A DNA stretch of 64,000 nucleotides from the human T2T-CHM13v2.0 reference genome, Homo sapiens (GCF_009914755.1 NC_060936.1); one strand, 5' to 3'. Shown: positions 43,708-58,762, numbered from the stretch's first letter. Numbers and translations are program-made. The notes: a model not told the origin generated them from the letters alone.

Positions 43708-45149
43708 TCACAGATGAGGAAGACTAAGATGTTCACGTTAAATGACTCAGCCCAGGGGAGCTGGCACTAGAATCAAGTGTAGAAACTGCTAGCAATGAGT
43801 AGCTAATAATTAATTAGCTGAAGGAACTGGACATATGGCCTAGGTTAAAATTATTCAGAAGGCCATGATGCTGAGGTCAGACTCTCAGTAACACAATTAA
43901 TCTGTTACTTTGTATCTATTTTAGTTAAAACCATTGCAGAAAACTGAAGAATGTTAAGCAAGGATCATGTGCTACAAACTTGAACTAAGAAATAGTTTTG
44001 AAACTATTTTTAATACAATGTTTGTGTTGGGGGTGTAAGATAAGGTTCCTGAGACACTTGAAGTATATATAAAGGCTTTTCTGGAAATAAGGGAAACTAT
44101 TCTTGGAAATGTTTCTTCTCCTGAGAGTGAAATAAATCAACAAATTACTATTTAAAGCATGCGAATAATCCCCTTCCCCCAACTTTTTCAAATTGCTTGT
44201 TATGGCTTTGCATATTTTTTTCCACAATTTTTCACTGCCAAAAGAAAAATACCACATTGGCAAGGATAAGGAAATTTTCCTTGCAGCCACTGAATGGTTA
44301 CAGTGTGGCTTGTCACACTCTCTCTCTTCTTGTCTTCTGGCTGCCGTTTGACAGTAGGACCCTCCCTTAGGACAAGGAAATAATTTCTTCCATCTTTGGT
44401 GTCTCCTGATGATATATATCAAAGACAATCAGGAAAGAACTTCACAAAGACTTAATAATCACTTATCTATATGGTTTCCCCAAATTCATGAGCTTTCGTT
44501 TCACTCAAAGATTGCTTAACTTCCTTAAACATTCCTCAGAGCTGCCCTCTGTTTGTGGTTCCCAATTTCATCCAGGCTTAATGTAAGCTACCATTTAGTT
44601 TATATTACCTTCTCCTCCATCCTAGCCTTCTGGCAGTCCATAAGTCTACTACATCTAAATTCATCCATTGCTTGCTATTAAACTCCACTAAATTTATATG
44701 TCAAAAATACACATTCATTACAACGAAAACAGAAGAATACAGAAATGTCCATTCCTCCTACTGCCCCAAATTAAGTGTGGAACATTTTTTTTTCTTGCCA
44801 CATATTCATCTAAAGCCAAGTCATGAGGAGACAGCAGAAGAGGGTTATGAGGATGCTTCGATCTGAGGCTCAGCGTAAATTGTCCACTTCACAACCCTAT
44901 CCCAAGTGACCCAGTCAGAGTGCTTTCTCATGACATTTCTGGCCTCATCCCAGGGAAACCATAAAATCTTCTGTATAATGCGTAGTTCAGTTGTGTTTTC
45001 ATCTAATAGAGATAAATTATCTGAGTTTATATTTAGGAAAACAGAAACATTTTACTAATATATTTGGTCCAAACTCTAAAGCCAAAAAAGAGTGAATAAA
45101 GGGATCATCAAATTTTAGGGCTGAAAGTGACTTCAGAGAGTATTATAGT

Positions 45150-45870
45150 CCAAGTCCTAAAGATCCCTCAAAAATCCATCCTCTGTTGTCTTTCTCCACT
45201 GTTACCGCCTCCATGTCAGTGGTGTCATCTCCCATGTGGGCTACCGATTCCTCTCCCACTTTCCTGACATCAGGCATCACCCCCTCTCCCCGCCAACCAC
45301 CCCCCCGCCTTCCACCACCACACACACGCTCGCTGGCAGAGTCCTTTTACTGAGACAGAGGCCTCACCTTATTCCCTGGCTTACAAATCTCCAATGATTT
45401 GCCATTCCCTGTTGGATGAAACCTAAACAAAACAGCGTAGGCTTTCCAAACTGTTCCAACATCCCTTACAAAGCTTATCTCTATCCCCTTCCTTCTACCC
45501 TATGTTCCGACAGGCCAGACATTTCACTGTTGCCCCAAAAGCATCATGGCTCTTCACAACTTCTCACCTTTGCACAGACTGTAATCTCTGTCTACCTGCC
45601 CTCTCCTACTCCTCCCAATAAACTCTTTATCTTTAAAGACCCAAATCAAAATCTGTCTTTTTATGGAGCCTTTCCCATTACTCACAGGGCAAGTCGGTGT
45701 GTAGTGACTCTATGCTTCACTACCACTTTGTACATATATGTCCACAAGACCACCTGCCATGCTACATCAGGACTGAATTTACCTCCCCCTACTGGACATC
45801 CAGCATAGGGGTCGTATCTTTCTGTCTCGCATCTTTCTGTCTTGATTAGTGCTTGCGTAGCAGAGGCACT
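45150..45870 (+). mobile_element. L2 fragment
   Basis: aatccatcctctg...ctccaatgatttgcc...tttgcacagactg; pyrimidine-rich L2 3' region. Confidence 0.6.
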
Positions 45871-45889
45871 ATACCATTCTCTCTCTCTC

Positions 45890-46206
<317 letters not shown>

Positions 46207-46219
46207 AGCACTATAGTTT

Positions 46220-46700
46220 TCATTCATTCATTCATCTTCTGAATAAACATGACTGATATACACAGTGTTAGTACTGAAGAACATATCAGACATGGCTTCT
46301 GCTGTCATATAGATTATAATTAAGTTGGGGAGACAGACACTAGACAAACACAAATGAATATACAATTACTGTCTGTGATATGTACTTTTATAGAAAAGAG
46401 CAGAGCACAAGAAAGAGAATAAGGAATGGATAGAATAGCTAATTTAGATGGGGGGTGTGGGTGGCAGGAAAGATATCTCTGAGAATGTGGCATATAAGCT
46501 GGAATCTGAAGGATGAGGAGAGGGTAGCCAAGAAAAGAGTGAGAAAAAGCCTGTGTGAAGGTCTCGAGGCAGGAATGAGCTTGTGAAAGGAATTGGAAAT
46601 AGGTCCAAGCAGCTAAAACCGATTGAGCGAGGGGAGTAGATGGTGGAGAGGCTGGAGGGACAGGCAGGGCCAAATCACAAAGGGTGGGGAATGTATCAGA
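46220..46700 (-). mobile_element. L2a 3' end
   Basis: (TTCA)n terminus, ggggagacagaca, gctggaatctgaaggatgag, ggcagggccaaatcaca. Confidence 0.75.
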
Positions 46701-47389
46701 AGTGCCTTGGGAAGCCCTCCAGGTGTTCATAAATGTTGAATGTAAGTTCCATGAACAGAGGGCACATTACCTTTGGAGTAACAAAAGACTTCGTTCCTCA
46801 GAGATACTGGATGAGAGATGAATTGAGCTAATGCTAGGATACAGGGCCTGAGCAGGGAAGAAGTTATCACTTATTCTTACAGAGTGAAATTATTGCAAGT
46901 ACCCCGTGGCAAGCTGACTTTATTTGTCACCAAGACCTACAGTTCCAAGTATCTGAAAAATTATGAATCACCCCCTTATGACTGAGAAAAGCATGGAATA
47001 TGTCCTCAAAGGAGCAATATTCTGATGAAGTACTAGGTCACAAGTGTTGTATAACTAGCACATAATAAGCAGCACAGTAGACAGAGATCTTCACTCTAAT
47101 TCAAAAAGTCACTTCCAACTCAATCTGCCTAAGATGGAACATACCCTCCTCAGTCTCCCAACCTCCCATTGCTACTTATGTCCGTCAGGCCTCCTCCCAG
47201 CATTCCATGTCTCAGTGCATGTCAGTCCCATAAATTCCAGATATCAGCACTGATACTTTCCTGGCCCTCATCACCCATAAACAATTCATCACTAATTCCT
47301 GCTTATTTTACTTCCTAAAGATCTCTCAAATCTGTCAACATTCCTCCACCTCCACCACCATCACAGTTAAAGCTGTTATCACCTCTTGC

Positions 47390-48119
47390 TGAAACCACCT
47401 TTGTAAAATGATGACAGGATGAGAAATCTGACTCTATCTTGCTTCTGATCTCCAAGCTGTCCTTGGTCATTCCTGGGCATAGACCAAGTTAACTTTGGGG
47501 GGAATTTAGTTGATAGTTTAACGTGAAAGCAAGGGTGATAAGAGTTCCTCCTTAAAACTCACCCCATCTTTGCTCAGGGACCAAAAGCCACTTTTGTAAG
47601 ACTAATCAAAGTTCTCAAGAATAGGATTATGGGAGGGGCCTGAGCTCTACAAAGATGTAGGTGTAGCTTCTATTATCATTTACTACTCAGGAGTCATGTG
47701 GCCAGAGGTCACAAGATTTGTGACTTCCCCAATCGCTTCTATAGATAACATTGCTATTGCAGAACCTAAGATGGGCTTTTTGAGATGTTTTTTGGACTGA
47801 CCCCACCTGGACTCATGACTCATGGCTCAACTCATCCTGTGTCACCACCCAGAGGCTGACTTGGTGCATGGGGACAATTTTCTACATCCCTCCGATTTCA
47901 TCTCTGACCAGTCAGTAGCACTCATTCCCTAGCCCCCACCAAATTGTCCATAAAAACCCTAACCTTTGACTGTCCAGGGAGAGTGATTTGAGTGATAACT
48001 CCAGTTCTTCTATGTGGGTCAGCTTCGTGTCAATAAAACTTTCTCTACTGCAATGCCAGGGTCTCAGTGAATTGACTTTGCCTGTGCAGTGGGCAGGAAG
48101 AACCCGTCAGATAAATACA
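47390..48119 (+). mobile_element. LTR8 (LTR8A/B) ERV1 solo LTR
   Basis: tgaaaccacctttgtaaaat...caataaaactttctc...ggaagaacccgtcagataaataca; perfect 4-bp TSD TTGC. Confidence 0.9.
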
Positions 48120-48232
48120 TTGCCTGGACTTCTGCAATAGCCTACTAATGGATCTCCACTCTCAACTCTTCAACCCTCATATGTTTATTCTTTATCCCGA
48201 AGTCAGAAGAAGCTCTAAAAATGCAAGCTGGT

Positions 48233-48598
<366 letters not shown>

Positions 48599-48912
48599 TT
48601 ACTGTGTACTGTGACTTTGGATACACTAACTTGTCTAGGTTCTGTGTGTTCTTGCTTCTGTATACCTTTCTAGCTTCATCCTGTCTTAAGTTTCCCCCAG
48701 CCTCTGTGAGCCTGCCACATTGACTGTCATACAGTTTCATGAAGGCAGTGTATTCTATCTTTCCACCAAACCTTTATACAAAATGTTCCATCTGTTTGGA
48801 AAGATCTACCCACTCTTTGCCTTGCTAACACATATGATTTTCATAGGTCAGTTCAACCACTACTGAACTAAGTAAATCTTCCATTGCATCTTTAACTATT
48901 GCAAGTCCCCTG

Positions 48913-49497
48913 GGTCAATCTGAAATCATCAGAAGAATTAGAACCCAATTTAAAATAATTTACTGAAGCACAAAGCTGATATACACATCTGGGTAACACA
49001 GACTCCAAAGGAATGAGGTCAGTGCTCAGAAGCTGAAAAGTTAAGGTCTTGCTTATATAGGCAGAAAACAAAGAAATTTAACAGAATAACACATTTCCAA
49101 ATAAGGCTAGTTCATGAATTACAGCAACTTCATTAGTTACAGCTTGTTTTCTCTTTTTTTTTTTTTGTTACAATTTAACAGAGTATATTTAACACTCCAT
49201 CTTAGACAATGTGATTAGTTGTGGGGTCTTTGTATAAGGGAAGAGGGAAGTTAATCTGCAAGGAAGATCAACAGTTAAGAGAGAAGAAGTCTTCTCTGGC
49301 ATCGATTAGTCTTTCACAACATCTTAAAAAACAATGTAGGTAAAGAAAACACTAGTCTATAATCAGAGGAAATAAGGTTACAGTTCTCTAGGTTATAGCT
49401 GCCTGTCACATCACTCAAGTTTCTTAATTATATTTCTTTAAGGCTCAAAATAATTTAAAGATACAACAGCTTTGATTCTGAATTACTTATTTTCACA
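48913..49497 (-). mobile_element. MER4-group ERV1 solo LTR (LTR24-like)
   Basis: Minus strand starts TGTGAAAATAAGTAATTCAGAATCAAAGCTGTTG; flanked by CCTG at 48909 and 49498. Confidence 0.65.
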
Positions 49498-50627
49498 CCT
49501 GTAGTACTTTGTCATAGAGCTCTATGTACCCACCTTGCATAACCTGTAGTTGATGTTTTAGATTTGATTAAGGTGTATGTCTCTCACTATACCACAAATT
49601 CTAAATAGCATAAATCCTGTCTGCCTTGATTCTTTATTACATCCTGATTGCCTAGAATGTGGTAGGTACACAAAAATATCTATTTATTGAAGAAGTTAAT
49701 GCTTATCAGTAGAAAATCATTGCCTGGGTGAAATGAAGTGCTCCTCTTCCCCACTCTGTGCTTTACCAGCCTCTAAACCTGTTTCTTCTCTGGGGTCTCT
49801 AAGAGACCTCTTAATAAGTCTGGGAGGAATAAAACTCTCCTCTCACTCAATTTTTTAAAATTCATTAACATACGTCTGCTGATTTCCTATACTAAATATC
49901 AGGTAATTGTACCATTGCTGAGTTTAGACAATCAACTTATATTCACTTACAGCGATGCAGAGTTGACCCTCTCCATGCCCATTCTTGCCCCATTTTTCTT
50001 GGTTCTCTAGCTTCCCCAGAATGCATCCAGAGATGACTTTCTAAAATGAAAAATTACCTAGCTCCACAATTTCACTCAGGTTAATGTACAAACTCTTTCT
50101 AAGGCCTTTTATGAGTTGGCCCTACCTATTCAACCCCACCACTCCCCCTACCTCCTACTCCACACTCCCAAATCACCTTCTCTGACTCACTGTAGCGCCT
50201 TTAAACACTCCCTTCCCTCTGCCTCAGCTCTCCTCTCTAATCCATAGTCTACCCATATCACAGGTCTCAACTTGGATGCTACCTCTGCCAGCCCTTCCCA
50301 TTCTCCCAGACTTTGGATAAGGTGATCCCAGAACACTTGTGAACTTCAATCTTCCAGCTCCTTTCATACAATATTGCAGGTGCTATGTAGTAGACGTGGT
50401 TTTGGCCTGAGTCTAAAGTCATTCAGACTTGGTTGGGTAAATTGGATGAACAATGATCGGTAGCCCTGTAAGATATCTTTATGTTTGAGTTGAACACAGT
50501 GTTTTTCTGCTAAAGAATGAGAAAATAAGGGTGCATGAATGTTTGAGTAGGATATTATGAGAAGTTGGTATTAGCATCCAGTTCCCTTACAGGATTCATA
50601 CACAGGTTTTGAGAACTGAAGGCATGG

Positions 50628-50680
50628 TAGGTAGCTTTATGGCTTTTGTGGGCTCTAGGCACTTTTGTTTTCATGGGCCC

Positions 50681-50729
<49 letters not shown>

Positions 50730-50936
50730 CACAGAGACAGAGAGAGAGAGATCAAGAAATATATGTATGACTGTGTTGACATAAAGACAAATATATCAAT
50801 ATTACATAATAAAGCATTTTCTTTAACCTAATAGTTCACTTTTTTCTTCTGATTTAAAAAAGAGAAAGGATGTTCCTGGGCCCCTAATGGTATTATGGGC
50901 CCCTAGGTGCCATGCCTCCTGGGTGAGTCAGTCCTC
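50628..50936 (+). mobile_element. ORSL-like hAT-Tip100 non-autonomous element
   Basis: gctttatggcttttgtgggctctaggcacttttg...repeated gggcccc subterminal motifs at both ends...agtcagtcct. Confidence 0.6.
50684..50750. repeat. (CA)n(GA)n compound microsatellite
   Basis: Long CA run followed by GA run. Confidence 0.97.
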
Positions 50937-51179
50937 ACTGAAGGTCATGCACGCTGGTTTGGCGCCTGGAGTGTTTCACAGGTCTTGAATGGTCTCGGTG
51001 GAGTGATGGTTACCGAAGTGGTAGGACACTAGTGGGAGAAAGCAGATGCTCCAAATACGCAACAGACACTAGAAATGCCAAAGGGAGGCTGGGAGGAGGA
51101 GATTAGCCCGAGGGGCATGAATATGTTCTTGAAGATGTGTGAGATGGTTTCTTATGAGACCCATAGGAAAGGGCTATCT

Positions 51180-51400
51180 TGTGCGATTGTCAAGGTCCCG
51201 ACAGGAAACAGATGGCACACTCAAATAGGGTAGTGCACAGAGGGTTATTTATAAAGGTGGTATTTACAAAGGTGTGGATGTAAGAGAAGCAGAAATCAGA
51301 GGGAATGGAAACTGTCAACTTATTCTATATGGGTCAACCTCCAGGGAACAGAGCAGGGTGGACAGGAATGGAAGATGGGTCTGCAGGGGCAGTGGGAAAT
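51180..51400 (-). mobile_element. Ancient LTR fragment (LTR78/LTR67B class)
   Basis: ggtcccgacaggaaacagatggcacactcaaa...tatttacaaaggtgtgg. Confidence 0.45.
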
Positions 51401-51494
51401 CTGATCATTTAATGCTAACATGATTTACATTTGTATTCACAGGGTAAAGCTATCTGGGATAATTTAGGTTCAGCCCATTCATTGTTTATATTCT

Positions 51495-51615
51495 TCAGTA
51501 GACTGTGAAGATGGAGACTGTGTCAGGCAGCCCACATTTGTATCCTTAGCACCATTCTCAGTGTGTAGCACATAGTAGATGCTTAATAAAGATTTGTTAA
51601 ATAAATTAATAAATA
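51495..51615 (+). mobile_element. L2 3' end
   Basis: tagactgtga...gcacatagtagatgcttaataaagatttgttaaataaat. Confidence 0.8.
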
Positions 51616-52404
51616 AAAGAAACACATTTCTGAGGGTTTTCCTACTAAAGTCAGGGTTGCTAAAGATAATCAGAGAGGTACACATTTTTTCCAAAAGAAG
51701 ACAGAGACCCAAATGTGGTTTGCAATGTGGTCAGAGGGAGCAAAATGCCTCCCAGACAAAGCACCCATAGCAGAGACCTGGAGCAGATCTGAGGATGGAG
51801 CTTCAGACTGTGGAGATTCTGCTACAGTTCTCCCATCACATGAGTATGTTTCTAGAGAAAGTAGTGCCAATGTGAGCATTTACTAAGTTGTTTTTGCCTG
51901 TGTGAAATGAAGTATGCCACAACTGATGCTTTCACATGTGAATGGCCTTCCTTTGTATCAGCTACTTTACCTAAGGGCTGAATATCTGTCCTGCCTCATA
52001 TGAACTCCATCCCAAGAAATAGTGAAGCAGCACAGATGTGGGCTGAAGTAAGCTGATGATATTACCCTTGGATATCTGTGTGGTTACATGTAGCTGAAAT
52101 CTCTTAGGCTTAGGTCAATGTGAGTCTTTGATACAGAATATATATAAATGTTTTTCTGAATTGCTATTCAAACTGTGAGCAATGTTTTTAATGACTATTT
52201 CTAAATGTGTGTATGTAGTGAACATCAAGTAACCATCCCCTTGAAACCCCATGAGAAGCTCCACTTCAGTGATAGACAGAATGAGCAGAGGAAGTTACTC
52301 ATTAAGATAAATCACGCTTTGTTCAAAAAAGAGCAGTCATTTTGATATTTTTGTTCCTGATTAGTTAGAGCATGAAAACAGAGTAATTGATACTTGTGTT
52401 ATGA

Positions 52405-52700
52405 CAATTACTATATTATATTTATTTTGTATTATTTATAACATATTATTTACATAATATAGTATTATTTATTTAATAATATATTATTCATATCATAAAT
52501 AATATAAATATATAATAACATATATAACAATGTGAACATAATACATATATAATAAATAATATAAATATATAACCAATATGTTATTTATTATTACATTATA
52601 GTATAAATATTATACTGGTATATTTTGGTTTTATATTTATAGTATCAACCAATAGGTTATTTATTATTAACACACGTTGTATTAATAATAAATGACCTAT
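52405..52700. repeat. AT-rich low-complexity tract
   Basis: Nearly pure A/T with degenerate TA repeats. Confidence 0.85.
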
Positions 52701-52709
52701 TACATATCC

Positions 52710-54025
52710 CAGAAAAAGTAAATATATGAATGATAATGGGATCAGATTTTTCATGTTTGGAAAACAGATTATAAGTATTGAAAGCAAGATGCTAGAATAA
52801 GTGGTTTTTTTATTAGAATTAGAAGTATCTTTATGAATGCATAGGATAGAAATAGAGACAAAGAGAAAAAGACACAGAAGTTTATGTCTAAGTATGTATG
52901 TATAGCCATAAATACATATACATACATATATCTCTAACTTTGTCCACTGAGAAGACTTGGGAGCAGCACATCTCAGTAATAGTAAACACATTTATCTCCC
53001 AGATCTTGGCTTCTAAATAGCATTCTGCACTACAAGGACCAAGGATCTTTGGAGAAAGAGTTGAGTCCGGGACTGCAGCAAAGGAAGTATAAGATTAGTC
53101 TGGAATAGCTTTTTGCGCTGGAAATCAAGGAACTATTCGTAAAATGATTAAAAACATGTCAAAAAGGATGTGGAGGGCAGCTTGAAAGGATTGCCATTGA
53201 TCAAATCTGGGATAATTTAACATTAAAATAAATAACACTTATAACAAATTATAACTCATTGAACAAATTTGGAAACCATGAGTTCAAACAATTATATATG
53301 AACGAATGAAATACAAAAATAATAAATTTAATATTTGATGAGAAACAAGCTATGTTACAGCACTTCAGAGTTCCCATAAAAATGCTTATTGTCTAAAAAG
53401 GAGAAGAGTAACTTTAAAGTAGGGAAAGCTGGCAGGCAGTGCTTTAAACAAGTGATCTAGATAAATATGAAGAGTGGGCCTGTCAAAATCATGCACCCTT
53501 AGATAAGATGCAATAAAAACAGAAGAGCATCATTTTGTGATTCTTTTTGTCAAAGATGCATAATCCATTCCTAATCATGAGAAAACACCAGACTAACCCA
53601 ATTTGAGAGATATTCCACAAGATACCCAGCCTGTCATCTTTGAAAGTATCAAGGCCATGAAAGTTAAAACTGACAAACTATTCCAAAATGAAGGGAATTA
53701 AAGAGGTAAGAAAAAGAAATCCAACTCAAGATTGTACATTGAATTCTTTTGTTATAAAAGACATTATGAGGACAACTGGAAAATTTTGAATGAGGTCTGA
53801 GGATTAAATGGCAGTAATTCATCAGTGTTAATTTCCTGATTTTGATGGTTATATTGTGGTTATGTAAGAGAATGTCCTTATTCGTAGGAAATACACACTA
53901 ATGTTTCAGGGGCAATGGGGCATAGGTCAAAAATTTATTCTTCAATGATTCCAGGAAAAACACTTATCTTTGCACTATATTTGCAACTTTTTGTAAGCTT
54001 GTGAGCCTTTTAAAATTTAATCTAA
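52710..54025 (+). mobile_element. L1MC3/4-type 3' UTR
   Basis: cccagatcttggcttctaaat; ttaatttcctgattttgatgg...gtaggaaatacacact. Confidence 0.8.
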
Positions 54026-56974
54026 AAAGTTTTTTATCATAAGCACTCTTCAATGAGTATATCAGCTGTGACACAGGGTTATCATTAGCTTAGGATATGC
54101 ATATCACAGGACACAGAAGTAGATCAGTATATGAAACTAAACAAAGCAAAGAAATGAAAAGGGTTCAAACCAGAATCCCCACAGACACTACCCAGACTGT
54201 GCTGAACTAAGAGATGTTCTGTTGATACTCTAGTAGTTAGGGATTGATAGTTACTGGTATTTGTCCTGTAAAATTATATTTGAGTAACTGTTCAAAATTT
54301 ACTTAATGGTGAAGGTTCACTTAATCTCAACTTCTTTTTGTTGAATTTTTGAAGTTCTGTATGTAGAAGATGTCAACTTGCAGGGATTCGGTGGTTCTTG
54401 CTCTTCTGGTGAACAAGTAGCATGCCTTCACAAATGATCACCGAGTAGAAAAAATTATCAGGAGTTCAACCCATTGAATTTGATGGAAGCCCAGTCTGCC
54501 TTATTCAAAAAGCCTATATGGCAAACCCTAGCTAGGAGTTTAAGTGAAGTACAATTCTATTCATTTTTTTGGGAAAGGGAAACTCACTTCCAACTCACTC
54601 TACTTCTAATCAGTAGAAAAAACACAATACACATAATATATACACTCAGACACACACACATAATATATATACACACACACTAAATATATATACATGCTAT
54701 ATAGCGTTATTAAAAAAATAGAGTTGAGAGACTCGCAAGCTACTCAAGTCTATTGAACCTAAGTAAAAAAAATATAGATTTTTTTGCAAATTTCTCAATT
54801 TCTAATTTGTAAATATTTACTAATGTAAAGTCATAATTTATATAATTTTATATCTAATGCAGAAAAAATCTTATAAATTTATTATTCTACATTCCATATT
54901 TCTAAATTATTGTCTTTTAAAAGTTGATTTGCCTTTATTTCTTTTTCATTTGTCAAATTCCTTCTCTATAAAAATAGGGTTTGTTTGGTGTTTCTCTACA
55001 AAATGGTAAATATAATAAAAATTTTCAGAACTATGATAACTAAAAATGTAGATATGTGAAATCATTGACATCTGTACCCACAGTTTACTTTAGCCTTTTT
55101 TATACCAAAGGGGTAATAAATCATGGGTCCAATGTAATTTAAACTGCAATGTAGAATATAATGAAATATTTACTGTATTTTTTGCCTTCATATTGTTGAT
55201 TAATAAGAAAAAATGCACATTTCCCTTTAAAATACATTGTGTTTTTAAAGGAGAATAATAGATTTTTTTCCCCAAATGGAACTCAAGTACAGAATACTAA
55301 TTTCATCAAAGGTGCTAGCTAGTTGTAGTTTTTTTCCCCCATTTTTAACCTATAAGTGGCTTTCCCTGGCATTAATCACATCGTTCCATGTATCTATATT
55401 TATAATTTTAACAGATACTTCATAAATATGGAATCAGGCTATTATCTTGATAATGTGCCACTTTTCTATAAATACAGAGATAGGGTAATTACCACTAGAA
55501 CTATTTGATAAAATTCAAAAATAGATAAATAATGAATAAGTCTTCCATTCAGTCATTAAAATTCAGAAAACAAAACAAAATATATTTAGCCATTATCCTT
55601 TTGATGAATTTGGCTCTCTGCCTTCAAACCACTACCAATTTCAGCTGGCATATAAGGAGCGTTTTATGAATACTGCCCAGTATGCGATGAACTGAACTGG
55701 AGACACTAGTCAATAACAGCCCATTAGCATTACACAAATGAAGAGGCAAATTAAGCATGAAAAATATTTTAAACAATATAAAAATTGATGTGAGAAATAC
55801 AAAAATCTATGAAATTTTAAGTGAAATTCAGCCGTTTTATAATCCAAATTATGTTTTGAAACTAGAATACAAGATTATTCATAGATATATGTCAGTTGAT
55901 ATCAATTCCCATATAAGTATTGCAGAATGATACCATGATTGTTTACCTGTTTAAAACTTTATTACTGTAATGTGATATGGCCACTATAAAGGGCTGATAT
56001 GTTTTCAGGTTGCATTAGTACTAGAGGGTCCAGTTAATGTGAATTAATCTCACTCTACATGATCCTCAAACTCGTATGTGGAGAATTGTGTTCAATCATT
56101 CATTCAAGAAATATTGCTTTCCTATTATGCAATGGGCTTTTATTTATTCAATACATTTCTCAACAGATATTTATTAGATACCCACATAATTTGGAATGGG
56201 ACCTGTGATAATTCTTACAATAAACAATGAATAAGACATTGTTTCTGGTTGCTCAAATAAGTAGACAATTTTAAAACCTCAATAAGACTGTGATGGTGTT
56301 AACCACTTTGTGCTACAACAACACAGAGAAGAGAACCCAACTAGCCTTTAAGAAGGGATTTCTGCTGAAAAGACTCCTCCTTCTAAGAAACTTTTTTAGA
56401 CTGCCTGGTGTATGTTAGATTCTGGCACCCTTTGTCTTTTCTTGAGGCCAAGTTTTAAAGTTTGAAACTCCATGTCTATTTGAGAGGTTTTTCTGTTCAG
56501 TCTCCTCCATGCAATTTCAGGCTCTAAAAGAATAAGGTCACACCTATTTTGTATGCCATTGCTTCTCCATTACTTGGAACCTAGCATGTGTTTAATAGCT
56601 GACTGTGTGAAAGAGATAATTTCACGTTTGAACTCCAAGGATAGCTAGACGTGTGTTCAGTAAAAAAAAAGAAAGAAATTCATTTTAATAGATGGCCCAA
56701 AAGCACAAAACTGAAAAAAAAAATCATAGCGTATTTACAAACTAAGGTAAATATAGTCTTACTGAAAATGGCAGTTAGGGAAGGAATGTCAGGGGCCAAG
56801 GGAAAGGTAGGAGTTGCATGAAGGAGGGAAGAGTTGCAAGAGTTACAACTAAAGAAATGAGCAGAGTCTAGAGTCTAGGCCCAGGAGAGTCTTGAGAAAT
56901 AACTAAAACAATCTACATAAAGTAGTTAACAAAATATCTGGCATGTATTAAGCATTTGATCTTTAATCATTAAT

Positions 56975-57590
56975 TTATTCTTTCACTTAGCGAACATGTA
57001 TTGGTAGATCATAGGTTTCAGGAATTTTTCTAAATATGAGGGATTGGCATTTAACAAAATTCAATAATTCCTTCATTCATGGAGTTTGCATTCTGGTGGG
57101 TGAGGGTGAGACAAGAGATAAGCAATAAATAAATAATTAAACCAGAAACCTTAATGTGGTCATAAAAGCTGAGAATAAAGCTGGGGGATGTGATGTAATA
57201 ACTGGGAAGCTATATAATATGGTCAAGAAAAGACTCTCTAAGAAGATGACTTTTAAGTTGAGAATGAGTGATAAGATAGGAAATGAAGACCTAGGAATGA
57301 GCATTCTGGGCAATTTTTTTTTTTTTAATGTGGGAACCACCTTGGTTCATTTTTTTTTTTTTAATGTGGGAACCAGCTTGGCATGTTTCAGGAAGACAAA
57401 GAGAACCATTTTGATGGGAGTGTAGTGAGCTAGAAGAGTCACTGATGGAGATGATTTGAAGAGCTAGGCAGAAACCATATAATTTTCCTTCTTATAATTA
57501 AGAATCTGAGCTTTATTTTTAGTGCAATGAGGAAACAGAGGGTTTTAAAGAAGGGGGGTTATGTTAGCTGACTAATGTTTTAGAAATATT
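56975..57590 (-). mobile_element. L2 fragment
   Basis: tcatggagtttgcattctggtggg; ggtcaagaaaagactctctaagaagatgactttt. Confidence 0.7.
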
Positions 57591-57904
57591 ATTTTCAGTG
57601 ATGTGAAATGACTAGATTTTGTACTGAAGGGAATATGAAAATATAAGTTAGCCATAGTGCCTGCTCAGTGGAGAAAAAATAAGTGAATAATTTTATAATA
57701 TTGTTTGGTGGGGATGTAATAAGGGAAGAGAAACATTTGCCTTTGGGGGTAAAAGGCTTATCATAGATGATCCAAGTCATCACCCTCTCTCACACGTACT
57801 ATTACAATAGTCTCCTAACCTGCCTCACCACTTCCACTATTGCCCCCATTCAGTCTATTCCCAAAACAACAACCAGAGTGATCCTTTAAAACAGTCAAAC
57901 CACC

Positions 57905-58437
57905 ATGTCCTCCAGGTTCTTCCATGTAGTTGCAAATGACAGGTTTCCTTCTTTTTAAAGGCTGAATAGTATTCCCTTTTGTATACATACCACATTTCTT
58001 TCTCCGTTTGTCCACTGATGGACACATAGGTTGATTCTATATATTAGCTATTATAAATAATACTGCAATAAACATGGGAGTGTAGATATCTCTCAACAGG
58101 CTGATTTCATTTCATCTAGATTTATTCCTAGTAGTGGGATCGCTGGATCATATGATAGTTCTATTTTCAATTTTTTGAGGAACCTCCATACTGTTTTCGA
58201 TTATAGCTATGCCAATTTACAATCCTACTAACAGTGTGCGGGTATTCCCTTTTCTCCACATTCTTGCCAACATGTATTATCTTTAGTCTTTATCTTTATC
58301 TTATCTTTAGTCTAACAAAGGTGAAGTGATCTCTCATTGTGGTTTTAATCTGCACTCCCCTGATGATTAGTGATGGTGAGCACTTTTCATAACCTGGTTG
58401 GCCATTTTTATGTCTTCTTTTGAGAAATGTCTGTTTA
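57905..58437 (-). mobile_element. L1MA inverted segment
   Basis: atgtcctccaggttc...ttgaggaacctccatactgtt...gagaaatgtctgtt. Confidence 0.88.
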
Positions 58438-58762
58438 GAGAGTAGAATGGTGGCTACCAGGGAGGGGTGGTGGTTGGGGAGATATTGGTCAAGGATTCAA
58501 AATTTCAAGTAGACAGAAGTAATAAATTCAAGAGATTTATTGTACAACATGGTGACTATAGTTAATAATAAGGTATTTTATTTTGCAAATCACTAAGAGA
58601 GATTTTAAGTGTTCTCATCACAAAAACGGAGCATGTAAGAAAACATATGTTAATTAGTTCAATTGGACCATTTCACAATGTATACATATGTCAACACATC
58701 ATGTTTTACATGATAAATATATAAATATATATATATATTATTTGTCAATTTAAAAAATAAAA
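58438..58762 (+). mobile_element. L1MA8/9-like 3' end
   Basis: gagagtagaatggtgg...aacatggtgactatagttaataat...tttgtcaatttaaaaaataaa. Confidence 0.88.

Noticed and set aside
43985-44428. 147-aa minus-strand ORF in unique DNA
   Set aside because: Non-ATG start and no recognisable domain or homology
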